NCBI GenBank assembly: GCA_039028835.1
Contig: JBCCHK010000008.1
Location: 6,698-70,697, forward strand
Length of the DNA: 64,000 bases
Reading direction: 5' to 3'
DNA from: Pseudomonadota bacterium
GTDB lineage: Bacteria; Pseudomonadota; Alphaproteobacteria; JBCCHK01
Part shown: piece after piece, positions 49,719 through 59,078 of the stretch
Layout of the letters: the number at the start of each line of letters is the position of its first letter
Position numbering within the stretch: position 1 is the first letter of the stretch
Notes under the pieces: model-generated
What the model saw: the letters and a program-made list of their open reading frames with translations, nothing else
Told to the model about the DNA's origin: nothing
Database searches by the model: none
Made by a program: the position numbers and the translations under genes

Positions 49719-50870
49719 ATGCAAGCCCTTGAGATTAAAGACCTTTATCGCCAGGCGCGGCGGCGGGTACCGCGCATGTTTTTTGACTATGCGGATTCCG
49801 GGTCGTGGCGCGAGGCCACCTATGCCGCGAATGAGCGAGACCTACAAGATATTCTTTTTCGTCAGCGGGTTGCGGTTGATATCGAGGAGCGAACAACGAG
49901 CGGCACGATGGTCGGGCAATCGGTGCGGATGCCGGTGGCTCTCTCGCCGGTTGGCATGTGCGGCATGCAGTATGCGGATGGGGAGATTCACGCGGCGAAG
50001 GCGGCGCAAGACTTTGGGGTGCCCTTTTGTTTATCGACGATGAGTATTTGTTCGATCGAGGATGTCGCGGATCACACGGATACGCCTTTTTGGTTTCAGC
50101 TGTATGTGATGCGGGATCGGGACTTTGCCGCAAGTCTGATTGCCCGGGCACGTAGGGCGGCGTGTTCGGCCTTGGTTCTCACGTTGGATTTACAGGTCTT
50201 AGGCCAGCGGCATAGGGACTTGCGCAATGGGCTTGCGGCGCCGCCAAAGCTTAACCTCAATACTCTTTCCCAGCTGGCGTCCTGTCCGATGTGGTGTTGG
50301 CGGATGCTGAGGACCTCGCGGCGGTCGTTTGGCAACATCGTCGGTCATGCCAAGGGGGTCACGAACTTGAGTTCCTTAGCCGCTTGGACGCACGAGCAGT
50401 TTGACCCCACCCTTTCGTGGGAGGATGTAGGCTGGATTCGTGGGCAGTGGGAAGGTCCGTTGATTCTTAAGGGGATCATGGATCCAGAAGACGCCCGCGC
50501 GGCGGTGGCGGCGGGGGCAGATGCAATCATTGTCTCTAACCATGGTGGTCGTCAGCTTGATGGGGCGCCTTCATCTATTGCGGCGTTGAGTGAGATTGTG
50601 GCGGCGGTCGGCAATCAGATCGAGGTGCATGTCGATGGTGGTATTCGTAGTGGGCAGGATGTGTTGCGCGCCTTATGCCTGGGGGCGAGGGGTTGTTATA
50701 TCGGTCGCGCGTATCTCTATGGGCTGGGGGCAGGCGGTGAGATGGGCGTGACACGCGCGCTGGAGATTATAGAAAACGAGCTCTCGATCACCTTAGGTTT
50801 GTGTGGCGAGCGGGATATCAACACTGTGGGTCGCCATAACTTGGCCTACGTACCAGCCTTTATGGGCTAG
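49719..50870 (+). CDS. lldD: FMN-dependent alpha-hydroxy acid dehydrogenase (L-lactate dehydrogenase LldD-like).
   Basis: 'SNHGGRQLDG' and a TIM-barrel FMN-binding region are present. The GC content is host-like. Confidence 0.75.
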   Translation: MQALEIKDLYRQARRRVPRMFFDYADSGSWREATYAANERDLQDILFRQRVAVDIEERTTSGTMVGQSVRMPVALSPVGMCGMQYADGEIHAAKAAQDFGVPFCLSTMSICSIEDVADHTDTPFWFQLYVMRDRDFAASLIARARRAACSALVLTLDLQVLGQRHRDLRNGLAAPPKLNLNTLSQLASCPMWCWRMLRTSRRSFGNIVGHAKGVTNLSSLAAWTHEQFDPTLSWEDVGWIRGQWEGPLILKGIMDPEDARAAVAAGADAIIVSNHGGRQLDGAPSSIAALSEIVAAVGNQIEVHVDGGIRSGQDVLRALCLGARGCYIGRAYLYGLGAGGEMGVTRALEIIENELSITLGLCGERDINTVGRHNLAYVPAFMG

Positions 50871-51129
50871 GGTTTTTCTATTCTCTACCAAGGGAATCGC
50901 GCCGTGGTTAACCTGTGGTTAGTATGGGCCACGTGCGGCGGATCACAAGGTTGCAGGGTATATGTTGTCAAAGGCCATATACCGCAAAGGGTGTTATCAC
51001 AAAGAGCGTTACTGTATCTCCCCGTCGATAGGGTGGGAATACCCGTTTTAGGACCCCAAAGACCAGCCTAAGAGCCGATATCGGTGTGGGCTGTCGCGCA
51101 TTATATTTCCATTAAAATAAAAATAATAG

Positions 51130-51165
51130 TTGACAAATGGTAAATACTGCGGTATAGCATGAACA
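51130..51165 (+). promoter_or_regulatory. Sigma70-like promoter element TTGACA-N17-TATAGC.
   Basis: The hexamers and their spacing were read directly from 'agTTGACAaatggtaaatactgcggTATAGCatg'. Its orientation is antisense to the downstream minus-strand membrane gene, so its function is uncertain. Confidence 0.3.
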
Positions 51166-51235
51166 TAATGTCTTTTTTATTGAATAATAATGCGAAAAAG
51201 CCAAGGTTCTGCTTGGGGGTGGTTTTCTTTGCTAC

Positions 51236-52105
51236 CTACAGCCCCCATAGGCGGGCACTCCTGAGGCATTGCAAGCCACAAAGGCCGAAGATGAGAGCGC
51301 TGAACACTGTCCAATCGACCTCGAAGAAAAAACGCTCAAAGCGAACATCGGGAATAGGAGCACTGCCGAATATTGCTACCAGAAACTCGCTGAAGAAGAG
51401 GAAAGAAAGTAAGGCCGTGATAATCAGTAAGGGGCGTGCAAACCTTGGTGTGGGAACGAGAAAGGTTATACAAGTCATGCAAGCGAGCATAAGAACGAAC
51501 CAAATCAAAAACGCATCCGAAACTTGTAAGACAAAAAAAGAAAACGCAACCAAACCAAAAAAAGTCAGATACAAGATTTTTACGACGCGACCAGAGTCAC
51601 CACCAGGTGAGAGACCGATCCAGCTTCTCCGTTGTAGGCCGTTATACCCGCGCATATTCATGCGATCCAGTCGTCTCATGGCCTGTGCGCGGGAATTATC
51701 ATCAGAAATAAACTTGGAAAGGTATTCCCGCCAGATGAGCACAACGATGAATATGAGCGGAAAACCGATTGTTTGTAATTTTAATCCACGGTCGTACGTC
51801 TCACCCATCTGCGATACAGACCAAGCGAGCCCCGCCACGGCGAGCAAGGTTGTGGCTTTATTCAGCCAAGGCTTAAAGGTCGGCACAGGGTAAAAGGACC
51901 AGAATGCGATGCCGCTCCAAATGAAGAAGATCATCATGACCAAGAAAAGCCATCTCGTCAGTTCGATCGTTGGGGCTAGGGTCATGTGGGAAACCGCGAG
52001 GATCACAAGGGCGAAGACAGCCCAGTACAGGATCAAGCCCGCCCAGCGACGGCCAGGATTCTTGATTTTAGGGCGTTCTAGTTTCTTAGGGCGCTCTAGT
52101 TTCAC
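51236..52105 (-). CDS. Hypothetical polytopic membrane protein (~8 TM). The N-terminus may be shorter.
   Basis: Strongly hydrophobic TM segments are present throughout. It lies in a low-GC segment divergent from the 781-aa ORF. The annotated N-terminus 'KLERPKKLERPK' derives from a 17-bp tandem DNA repeat and may be upstream regulatory DNA. Confidence 0.45.
   Translation of the reverse strand: MKLERPKKLERPKIKNPGRRWAGLILYWAVFALVILAVSHMTLAPTIELTRWLFLVMMIFFIWSGIAFWSFYPVPTFKPWLNKATTLLAVAGLAWSVSQMGETYDRGLKLQTIGFPLIFIVVLIWREYLSKFISDDNSRAQAMRRLDRMNMRGYNGLQRRSWIGLSPGGDSGRVVKILYLTFFGLVAFSFFVLQVSDAFLIWFVLMLACMTCITFLVPTPRFARPLLIITALLSFLFFSEFLVAIFGSAPIPDVRFERFFFEVDWTVFSALIFGLCGLQCLRSARLWGL
52066..52099. 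repeat. 17-bp tandem direct repeat ×2 (tagggcgYtctagtttc) in the divergent intergenic region or the N-terminus of the membrane gene.
   Basis: Read directly from 'cttagggcgttctagtttcttagggcgctctagtttc'. Confidence 0.8.
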
Positions 52106-52167
52106 GACATAACCTTTTATTTTTTTTAACTACTTTATCAAAAAAATTTAACTTTAGGAGTTTTATC

Positions 52168-54513
52168 ATGGCCTATTCACAGTTTCAAAGCGGCGAGAAA
52201 AAGGTCGACTTAGAAAACGATATCGGGGCTAAGGTTCTGGAGGAGGTGGCATGGGCTCTAGTGAGTGGTGTAGAAGCTGCTGCCAAGGATGTCGTCGGTG
52301 AAAAAGGCGAATTCATCGATGGTGGTCCTAAAACACGCGCTGGTAAAATTGCCAGTCAGATCACGCGATACGGCATTTTCTTTGCATCATTCTTCACGGG
52401 TGTGGGGGCTGTCGCAAGAGTTATGCAGGGTGCGCGATTGGCCCGTGCGTTACACGGTACACGATTAGCGGGTGCGGTGCCTAAGATCCAGACTGCGGGA
52501 CGCGCTATCGAGAAGGAACGAGCTTTTATCGCCGCTGATGCCACTGATTTTCTTACGCGTGAGGAACCCTATGACACCAGTGAAAGGGTTATGAGCATAA
52601 CAAGAGGTCTTAATGTCAATCGCTTCGGCGATAATATCCTCAAGCACGCAGATAAAGACTCGCTCGTCAGAAAATTACTGGAAAATGAAGAAGTTCAAAA
52701 GACTGTTAAGTCTGCGGATATCATCTTGGGAAGCACTGTTATAGAAAATATCGCTGAAATAATAGCCGGGGATGACATCCCCCCCAGGGATGTAACCAAC
52801 GTTATCATTAACGTAACAGCACAAAGTTTTGATAAGAATATCAGGCAAGCGATCAAAGAAGGAAAGATCGAAGAGCCCGTCGACAATCTCTCACGATTGT
52901 CCGGTCTTTCCCCGGAGGAGCTGATGGACCTGCACGAAGGAAAAACAGACCCCGTCCAGATTGTTGCCATCAATGAAGCCCTGACCCTCGGCCCAAAAGC
53001 CTATACCACCATCGCCGAGGTCACAAAATCAGCCGGCCCCCTCGGCCAGCTTCAGGCATACAACACCCACAGCACCTTTACCCTGATGCAAGGCATCGCC
53101 AGAAAAGAACCCAAGCAAATCAATCAAGCAATGCAAAACCTTGACCGAACATCCCAAGCCCAGCAAGCCATCGGCTTGACCACAGACAAAAACAAGCAAC
53201 GCGAGATTGTCTTTGCGTGCCTTGGTGATGAGGGAGTCGATATGACCTATCACCTGGTGCAATCAGCGAGCAAAATCGCACAAGAAAAACCTGACAGATT
53301 CGGGGAGTTCATCCATGATGCCAACAGGTCGATAGATACCGAAGAACTTGGCAACGTCCATAAAGGATACCTCACTGATGATCCTTATGACCGCTTTGAG
53401 GACTATCGATCCTTACGCGAAAGGCAGAATAAATTCGATCCGGAACAAGGTACGCCTCTTCAGATCAATGATGTGCCAGAAAATCTCATTCCCGTTAAAA
53501 TGAAACGCGCACAGCAAGCCCAAGAAAACGCACAAGAAAGCGCACAGAAAAACACGCCAGCAGGGCAACAACAAAACCAATCACAACCAGCCAAAAACCA
53601 GCAACAAGCCCAAGCCCAGCGCTCCGCACCCAACGCGGGGGCAAAGCCTGGCCAGCAGTATTCAGCCGCCGATCAGCGGCTCATCGCCCTTGCCCAAGTC
53701 ATCGCCCAAGCGAAGGCCCAGCAGCAACAAAACCAAGCCCAAGCGCAACCCCAGACAGACACAAAACCCAATCCACAGCGCATCGGCCAGGCTGCCGCCC
53801 GACACCTCGCAGAGCTTGAGCAGGCCGCCGCGCAAAGGCGCCAAGCCCGCGCCAAAATCGCCGAACGACATGATGCTCAGACCATGGCCAAAGAAACAGA
53901 ACTCATCAAAGCCATCACAGAAGGTCAGCGCAGAGCCGACGCCCAGGCAAGAGCCGCCCAAGCCCAACAGCAACAAGCCAACGAGGCGCAAGCAACGCAA
54001 CCTTTCGAAGAGGAACAAGCCCAAGAGCGATACCCCGCCGGATCACGATACCGCCCCGCGCCACGTTCAAAGACCTTAGGCGGCGGTAACGTCCAAGCGG
54101 GCCGCAACCGCGGACGCAACCTGATGGCGTCGGTCGGAGGCTCCTCCTCTTCCTCTACAGCATCAAGCCGCCCCCAACGCCCGGCCAGCCAGCAACAGAA
54201 TGACAACCGTGATGATAACCGTTCGGACAGCACACGTTACGTCCAAAACAGGCGTAAGGCCAATTCCAATGCGCCCTATCATCCGCTTTACAATCCCTAC
54301 CGGCGGGAGCCTTCCCGTTCGGGCGGCGATACCCAAAACAGGCCCTCCCGCACCCCATCGCGGCGGCGCGGGCTTAGCGGTTATGAACGATATCGCGATC
54401 ATATCAGTGACCGAAGCCCTTCGAGTCCGTCAAATAAAGCAAATAAGTCAAGTCGCTCGCGTTCCCGCAGCACCTACTCGGGCTATGGGCGGTTTGGAGG
54501 ATCCGGACGGTAA
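52168..54513 (+). CDS. Large hypothetical protein (781 aa). It has a globular N-terminal ~450 aa, a Gln/Ala-rich coiled region and an Arg/Ser/Gly-rich basic disordered C-terminus.
   Basis: A strong RBS (taggag-N7-ATG) precedes it. No signal peptide is present. The low-complexity central region is 'AQAQQQQNQAQAQPQ...' and the C-terminus is 'SRSRSRSTYSGYGRFGGSGR'. It has no recognisable catalytic motif. Confidence 0.55.
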   Translation: MAYSQFQSGEKKVDLENDIGAKVLEEVAWALVSGVEAAAKDVVGEKGEFIDGGPKTRAGKIASQITRYGIFFASFFTGVGAVARVMQGARLARALHGTRLAGAVPKIQTAGRAIEKERAFIAADATDFLTREEPYDTSERVMSITRGLNVNRFGDNILKHADKDSLVRKLLENEEVQKTVKSADIILGSTVIENIAEIIAGDDIPPRDVTNVIINVTAQSFDKNIRQAIKEGKIEEPVDNLSRLSGLSPEELMDLHEGKTDPVQIVAINEALTLGPKAYTTIAEVTKSAGPLGQLQAYNTHSTFTLMQGIARKEPKQINQAMQNLDRTSQAQQAIGLTTDKNKQREIVFACLGDEGVDMTYHLVQSASKIAQEKPDRFGEFIHDANRSIDTEELGNVHKGYLTDDPYDRFEDYRSLRERQNKFDPEQGTPLQINDVPENLIPVKMKRAQQAQENAQESAQKNTPAGQQQNQSQPAKNQQQAQAQRSAPNAGAKPGQQYSAADQRLIALAQVIAQAKAQQQQNQAQAQPQTDTKPNPQRIGQAAARHLAELEQAAAQRRQARAKIAERHDAQTMAKETELIKAITEGQRRADAQARAAQAQQQQANEAQATQPFEEEQAQERYPAGSRYRPAPRSKTLGGGNVQAGRNRGRNLMASVGGSSSSSTASSRPQRPASQQQNDNRDDNRSDSTRYVQNRRKANSNAPYHPLYNPYRREPSRSGGDTQNRPSRTPSRRRGLSGYERYRDHISDRSPSSPSNKANKSSRSRSRSTYSGYGRFGGSGR

Positions 54514-54653
54514 CCCGCTACCGTCACAACCGCTATCCCCGCCCCGTCGCCCAAGCGGGTGCCTATCACGATACGCCCATCGCTAGGCGGACAGGGATTT
54601 TCGCGCTATCATCACCCGTCTTTTAATATGACGGCTTTGATGATGGCGATGAT

Positions 54654-55997
54654 GTGATGTCCTCCCCCCACCCTCCTGTGGCTCTGTTTGATCTGGCGCA
54701 CCTGGCCCCGGATCAACGGGCGGCCTTACTCGTCCGCGCCGAAGATGACCTGACCGACTTCATAGAAAAAGTCCAGCCGATCATCGATGCCGTACGGACC
54801 CAAGGCGATGCGGCCCTGATCCGTTTTGCCCAAGCGTTTGACGGTGCAAGCCTCACGCACCTCGCTGTCACGCCCGAGGAACGCAAAGCCGCCCGCGCGG
54901 CCCTAGAGCCGGCGATGATCGAGACCCTCACCTATGCGGCTGAGAACATTCGCCGCTTTCATCAGGCGCAAATGCCGGCCCCCCAGTGGACGATCGACAT
55001 CCGCCCCGGGGCGCAGGTCGGGGAGCGAGTCACCCCCATCGACCGGGTTGCGCTCTATGTCCCGCGCGGCAAGGGGGCTTTTCCTTCGGTGACCTTGATG
55101 GCGGCAATTCCGGCGGTGGTCGCCGGGGTGCCAGAGCCGATCCTCTTGACCCCGCCAGGACCAGACGGCCAGGTCGATGCCGCCACACTCATCGCGGCCG
55201 AGCTCGCGGGGGTGCGCGATATCTATAAGGTCGGTGGCGCCGCCGCTGTGGCCGCTGCGGCGTTCGGCACCGACACGATTGCCCGATGCGATAAAATCGA
55301 AGGCCCCGGCAGCCCGTGGTTTGCTGCCGCGCGGCGGGTGCTTGCGGATACCATTGCCTCGCGCCTGCCCGCCGGGCCAAGCGAAAGCATCATTTTTGCT
55401 GATGAAACCGCCGATCCCCACACTGCCGCCCTGGATACCTTGATAGAATCCGAACACGGTCCCGATAGTTCTGTTTTTCTATTAACCACGAGTCCCGATC
55501 TTGCTCACCAGGTGCGCGAGATCATCCCAAGCCTATGGGAGTCTCTCTCGCCTGAACGGGCTAGGTTTTCTGCTACGGTACTCAGCGGTATTGACCAAGG
55601 GAGTCCCGGCGGGATTATTCTTGCCCCGAACGCAAGGGCCGCTTACGGTTTTATCAACGACTACGCCCCTGAGCACCTGCAGATCCTCTCACACAATCCC
55701 GATACACATCTGCCCTTTGTTCGTCACGCGGGCGAGATTTTATTGGGGATGTATACCGCCGGCTCTATTGCAAACTATCTGCTGGGGCCGAACTGTGTGT
55801 TGCCCACCGCTGGTGCGGCCCGGGTGCATGGGCCGCTCGGGGTGCGGGACTTTCTTAAAACCACCTCAATCGGACGGCTTGACCGAACCGGCTATCAGGC
55901 CATGGCGCCCCATACCCATCGTTTTGCCACGTACGAGGGGTTTGATGCTCACGCCAACGCCGTCTCGAGCTTCAGAAACCTCCCCGATGATCCCTAA
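54654..55997 (+). CDS. hisD: Histidinol dehydrogenase.
   Basis: 'AGPSESIIFADETADPHTAALDTLIESEHG' and the Zn/NAD-binding regions are present. Confidence 0.8.
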   Translation: MMSSPHPPVALFDLAHLAPDQRAALLVRAEDDLTDFIEKVQPIIDAVRTQGDAALIRFAQAFDGASLTHLAVTPEERKAARAALEPAMIETLTYAAENIRRFHQAQMPAPQWTIDIRPGAQVGERVTPIDRVALYVPRGKGAFPSVTLMAAIPAVVAGVPEPILLTPPGPDGQVDAATLIAAELAGVRDIYKVGGAAAVAAAAFGTDTIARCDKIEGPGSPWFAAARRVLADTIASRLPAGPSESIIFADETADPHTAALDTLIESEHGPDSSVFLLTTSPDLAHQVREIIPSLWESLSPERARFSATVLSGIDQGSPGGIILAPNARAAYGFINDYAPEHLQILSHNPDTHLPFVRHAGEILLGMYTAGSIANYLLGPNCVLPTAGAARVHGPLGVRDFLKTTSIGRLDRTGYQAMAPHTHRFATYEGFDAHANAVSSFRNLPDDP

Positions 55998-56023
55998 GGA
56001 CAACAACGTAAGGATACGCCGTC

Positions 56024-57514
56024 GTGCAAGAAAGTTATATCGCGATCGATCAGGGCACCACCAGCTCCCGCGCCATTGCCTTTGACCGTGCGGGCAACCC
56101 CATCGGCCAAGCCCAGCAAGAGTTCAAGCAACACTATCCGGATTCGGGCTGGGTTGAGCACGACCCGCAAGACCTGTGGAGCACGACCAAAGACACCGCC
56201 AACCAGGTCATCGCCCAAGCCAAGACCGCCGGCAAACCCGCCAAGGCTGTCGGGATTACCAATCAGCGGGAAACCACGATCATCTGGGATAGAAAAACCG
56301 GCAAGCCTATTTATAACGCGATTGTTTGGCAAGACCGACGTACCGTGGATATGTGCCGAGATCTCCTTAAGACGGGAATCGAGGATACCGTCGCCGAAAA
56401 AGCAGGCTTGGTTGTCGATCCTTACTTTAGCGCATCTAAAATCGCCTGGATTTTGGATCACGTAGACGGTGCGCGTGCGCGGGCGGAGGCCGGTAAACTC
56501 GCCTTTGGTACGGTCGATACCTTTTTAATCTGGCATCTCACCGGCGGCAAAGTCCACGCCACCGACGCCACCAATGCGTGCCGGACGAGTCTTTATAACC
56601 TGCGGACAAACCAGTGGGATGAGGACCTGCTGAAAATCTTTCGCGTGCCTGCGGCCATCTTGCCTGAGATTCGTGATAGCGCGGCAGACTTTGGCGAAAC
56701 TGATGCGCTGGATCAAAAACTACCCATCCGCGCCGTGCTCGGCGACCAGCAAGCTGCCGCCGTCGGCCAGGCCTGCTTCACCCCGGGGAGTATTAAATCC
56801 ACCTATGGCACCGGCTGCTTTGTCATTCTTAATACGGGCGATCGTCCTGTGTTCTCTCAGCATCGTTTGCTCACTACAGTGGGGTATCGGGTGGTTGGGA
56901 AAACCAGCTATGCGCTTGAGGGCTCTATTTTTATCGCTGGCGCAGTCATGCAGTGGCTTCGCGATGAGCTCAAGATGATAGAAAACACGGCCGCTTCGGG
57001 CCGCATGGCCGAGCAAAGTGCGCGCAAGGGTGATGGCGGTGTCTATCTTGTGCCTGCGTTCACGGGCCTGGGTGCGCCCTATTGGGATGCCGATGCGCGT
57101 GGCGCGATGTTTGGCTTGACTCGCAATACCGGGCCAGCAGATTTTGTGCGCGCAGGATTGGAATCGGTTGTCTATCAAACCCGTGATCTGTTTGCTGCCA
57201 TGACCCAAGATGGCATCAGGCCTACGGCTGTGCGCGTCGATGGCGGTATGACTCTTAACAATTGGTTTTTGCAGTTTTTAACCGACATTCTTAGAATAGA
57301 GGTCCATCGCCCGAAGGTCACAGAGACCACCGCCCTGGGGGTGGCGATGCTGGCCGCGGTAGAAATCGGCGACCTCAGCGGCTTTGATGACATGACCCGC
57401 CTGTGGCAGGCGGATCGGCATTTTACCCCGGCCATGGCCGCGTCTGAACGCGCACGTCGTTTGGCCGGATGGGATCAGGCGATTGCCCGTACGCGCATGC
57501 GTCTAGGTGCGTAG
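56024..57514 (+). CDS. glpK: Glycerol kinase.
   Basis: The N-terminus 'YIAIDQGTTSSRAIAFD' and the FGGY family motifs are present. Confidence 0.9.
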   Translation: MQESYIAIDQGTTSSRAIAFDRAGNPIGQAQQEFKQHYPDSGWVEHDPQDLWSTTKDTANQVIAQAKTAGKPAKAVGITNQRETTIIWDRKTGKPIYNAIVWQDRRTVDMCRDLLKTGIEDTVAEKAGLVVDPYFSASKIAWILDHVDGARARAEAGKLAFGTVDTFLIWHLTGGKVHATDATNACRTSLYNLRTNQWDEDLLKIFRVPAAILPEIRDSAADFGETDALDQKLPIRAVLGDQQAAAVGQACFTPGSIKSTYGTGCFVILNTGDRPVFSQHRLLTTVGYRVVGKTSYALEGSIFIAGAVMQWLRDELKMIENTAASGRMAEQSARKGDGGVYLVPAFTGLGAPYWDADARGAMFGLTRNTGPADFVRAGLESVVYQTRDLFAAMTQDGIRPTAVRVDGGMTLNNWFLQFLTDILRIEVHRPKVTETTALGVAMLAAVEIGDLSGFDDMTRLWQADRHFTPAMAASERARRLAGWDQAIARTRMRLGA

Positions 57515-59048
57515 GCGAAGAATGATGAGCGGCGGCAATCATCTTTTCGATGCGCTGTTCGCACCGCATGTAGCCAGCACGCGCCTTTTTATCGATCAAA
57601 GTATCGATCAAGGGGAAGGTCTTACCTATCAAGATTTTCTATCTTTAAGCACGCGGTATGCGGCGTCTTTGCGCCAGCGCGGGATCACCCCTGGCGATCG
57701 GGTGGCCGTGCAGGCAAAAAAAAGCCTTGCGGTCTTGGCCGTGTATGCCGCTTGTGTGCAAACAGGGGCCATCTTCTTGCCGCTCAATACGGCCTATACC
57801 CCGGCTGAGATGAGTTATTTCTTGCAAGACTCTGGGGCGGCTTTGCTGATCTGTGATCCGGCGGCATACCAAAACCTTGCCCCTATAGCGCGGATCACTC
57901 AGACAAAAATCGTAACGATAGGTGAGGGGGGTGATTTCGTTCCCATTGCGAGCCCAACCTCGCCCGTCGTCCCCCGCAGCGGCGATGATCTGGCGGCCCT
58001 TTTATATACGTCCGGCACCACAGGCCGTGCCAAGGGTGCAATGCTCACGCACGAGAACCTTTTATCCAATGCCCGAGCTCTTGTCCGAGCATGGGATTTT
58101 AGCGCAGATGATATTTTGCTTCATGCGTTGCCGATTTTTCACACCCACGGCTTGTTTGTGGCGGTGAATACTTGCCTTTTGACAGGTTGCTCGATGATTT
58201 TTCATGCCTCTTTCGATACCGATCAGGTTTTGCAGGACCTGCCGCGTGCGAGCGTCATGATGGGGGTGCCGACCTTTTACACCCGCTTGCTGGACTCGGG
58301 CCGTTTGCCTTCTTTGGCGATGCCCTCGATGCGCCTTTTTATCTCTGGCAGTGCACCGCTTTTAGCGCAGACTCACCGCGCCTTTCACGCGCAAACCGGC
58401 CATCAGATTTTGGAGCGATACGGCATGACCGAAACGGGGATGCTCACCTCCAATCCTTACCATGGTATGCGTAAGCCCGGTGCGGTCGGGCCACCCCTTG
58501 CGGGTGTCGACGTGCAGATCAGCGACTGCGAGACGAACGTGCCGCTCGGGACTGGCAGTATTGGCATGATTAAGGTGCGTGGCGCGGGCATGTTCGTGGG
58601 CTATTGGGGTATGCCAGAGAAAACAAAGCAGGACTTCGATGAGGCTGGGTTTTTTATCACCGGTGATCTGGGTCTGATCGATAATCAGGGATACGTGCAG
58701 ATCACAGGTCGCGCGAAAGATGTGATTATTTCTGGCGGCTATAATATCTACCCCAAAGAAATCGAGCAGGTGCTGGATGCCTTGCCAAACGTGCGTGAGT
58801 CAGCGATCTTTGGCGCCCCCCATAAAGATTTCGGTGAAGCGGTGGTGGCTGTCATCGTGCTGCATGATCCGGACTCGTATGATCCTGATACCGATAGGCA
58901 AAATGATATTCTCAGCCAGATTAAAGATAGCCTCGCATCTTTCAAAAGGCCGCGGCAGATTTATTTTACAGAAAACTTACCCCGCAACGCTATGGGCAAG
59001 GTGCAAAAGCATCTACTGCGCAAAACCTATCACCATGCCTTTTCGTAA
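57507..59048 (+). CDS. matB: Malonyl-CoA synthetase (AMP-dependent ligase, MatB-like).
   Basis: 'NHLFDA', 'PGDRVAVQ', 'LPLNTAYT' and the AMP-binding motif 'YTSGTTGRAKG' resemble Rhizobium MatB. Confidence 0.7.
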   Translation: MRRRRMMSGGNHLFDALFAPHVASTRLFIDQSIDQGEGLTYQDFLSLSTRYAASLRQRGITPGDRVAVQAKKSLAVLAVYAACVQTGAIFLPLNTAYTPAEMSYFLQDSGAALLICDPAAYQNLAPIARITQTKIVTIGEGGDFVPIASPTSPVVPRSGDDLAALLYTSGTTGRAKGAMLTHENLLSNARALVRAWDFSADDILLHALPIFHTHGLFVAVNTCLLTGCSMIFHASFDTDQVLQDLPRASVMMGVPTFYTRLLDSGRLPSLAMPSMRLFISGSAPLLAQTHRAFHAQTGHQILERYGMTETGMLTSNPYHGMRKPGAVGPPLAGVDVQISDCETNVPLGTGSIGMIKVRGAGMFVGYWGMPEKTKQDFDEAGFFITGDLGLIDNQGYVQITGRAKDVIISGGYNIYPKEIEQVLDALPNVRESAIFGAPHKDFGEAVVAVIVLHDPDSYDPDTDRQNDILSQIKDSLASFKRPRQIYFTENLPRNAMGKVQKHLLRKTYHHAFS

Positions 59049-59078
59049 TTTTCTATTTCAATAACCTAAAGGCGTCCC

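Noticed and set aside
51159-51893. A 244-aa plus-strand ORF overlapping the membrane-protein gene.
   Set aside because: It is highly basic, low-complexity junk-like translation. The opposite strand encodes a coherent polytopic membrane protein.
53662-54402. Several minus-strand and alternate-frame ORFs (Gly/Leu/Cys-rich, Arg/Pro-rich) within the 781-aa gene.
   Set aside because: They are artefacts of the repetitive CAG/GCC-rich low-complexity DNA of the Q/A-rich region. There is no RBS and no coherent domain.
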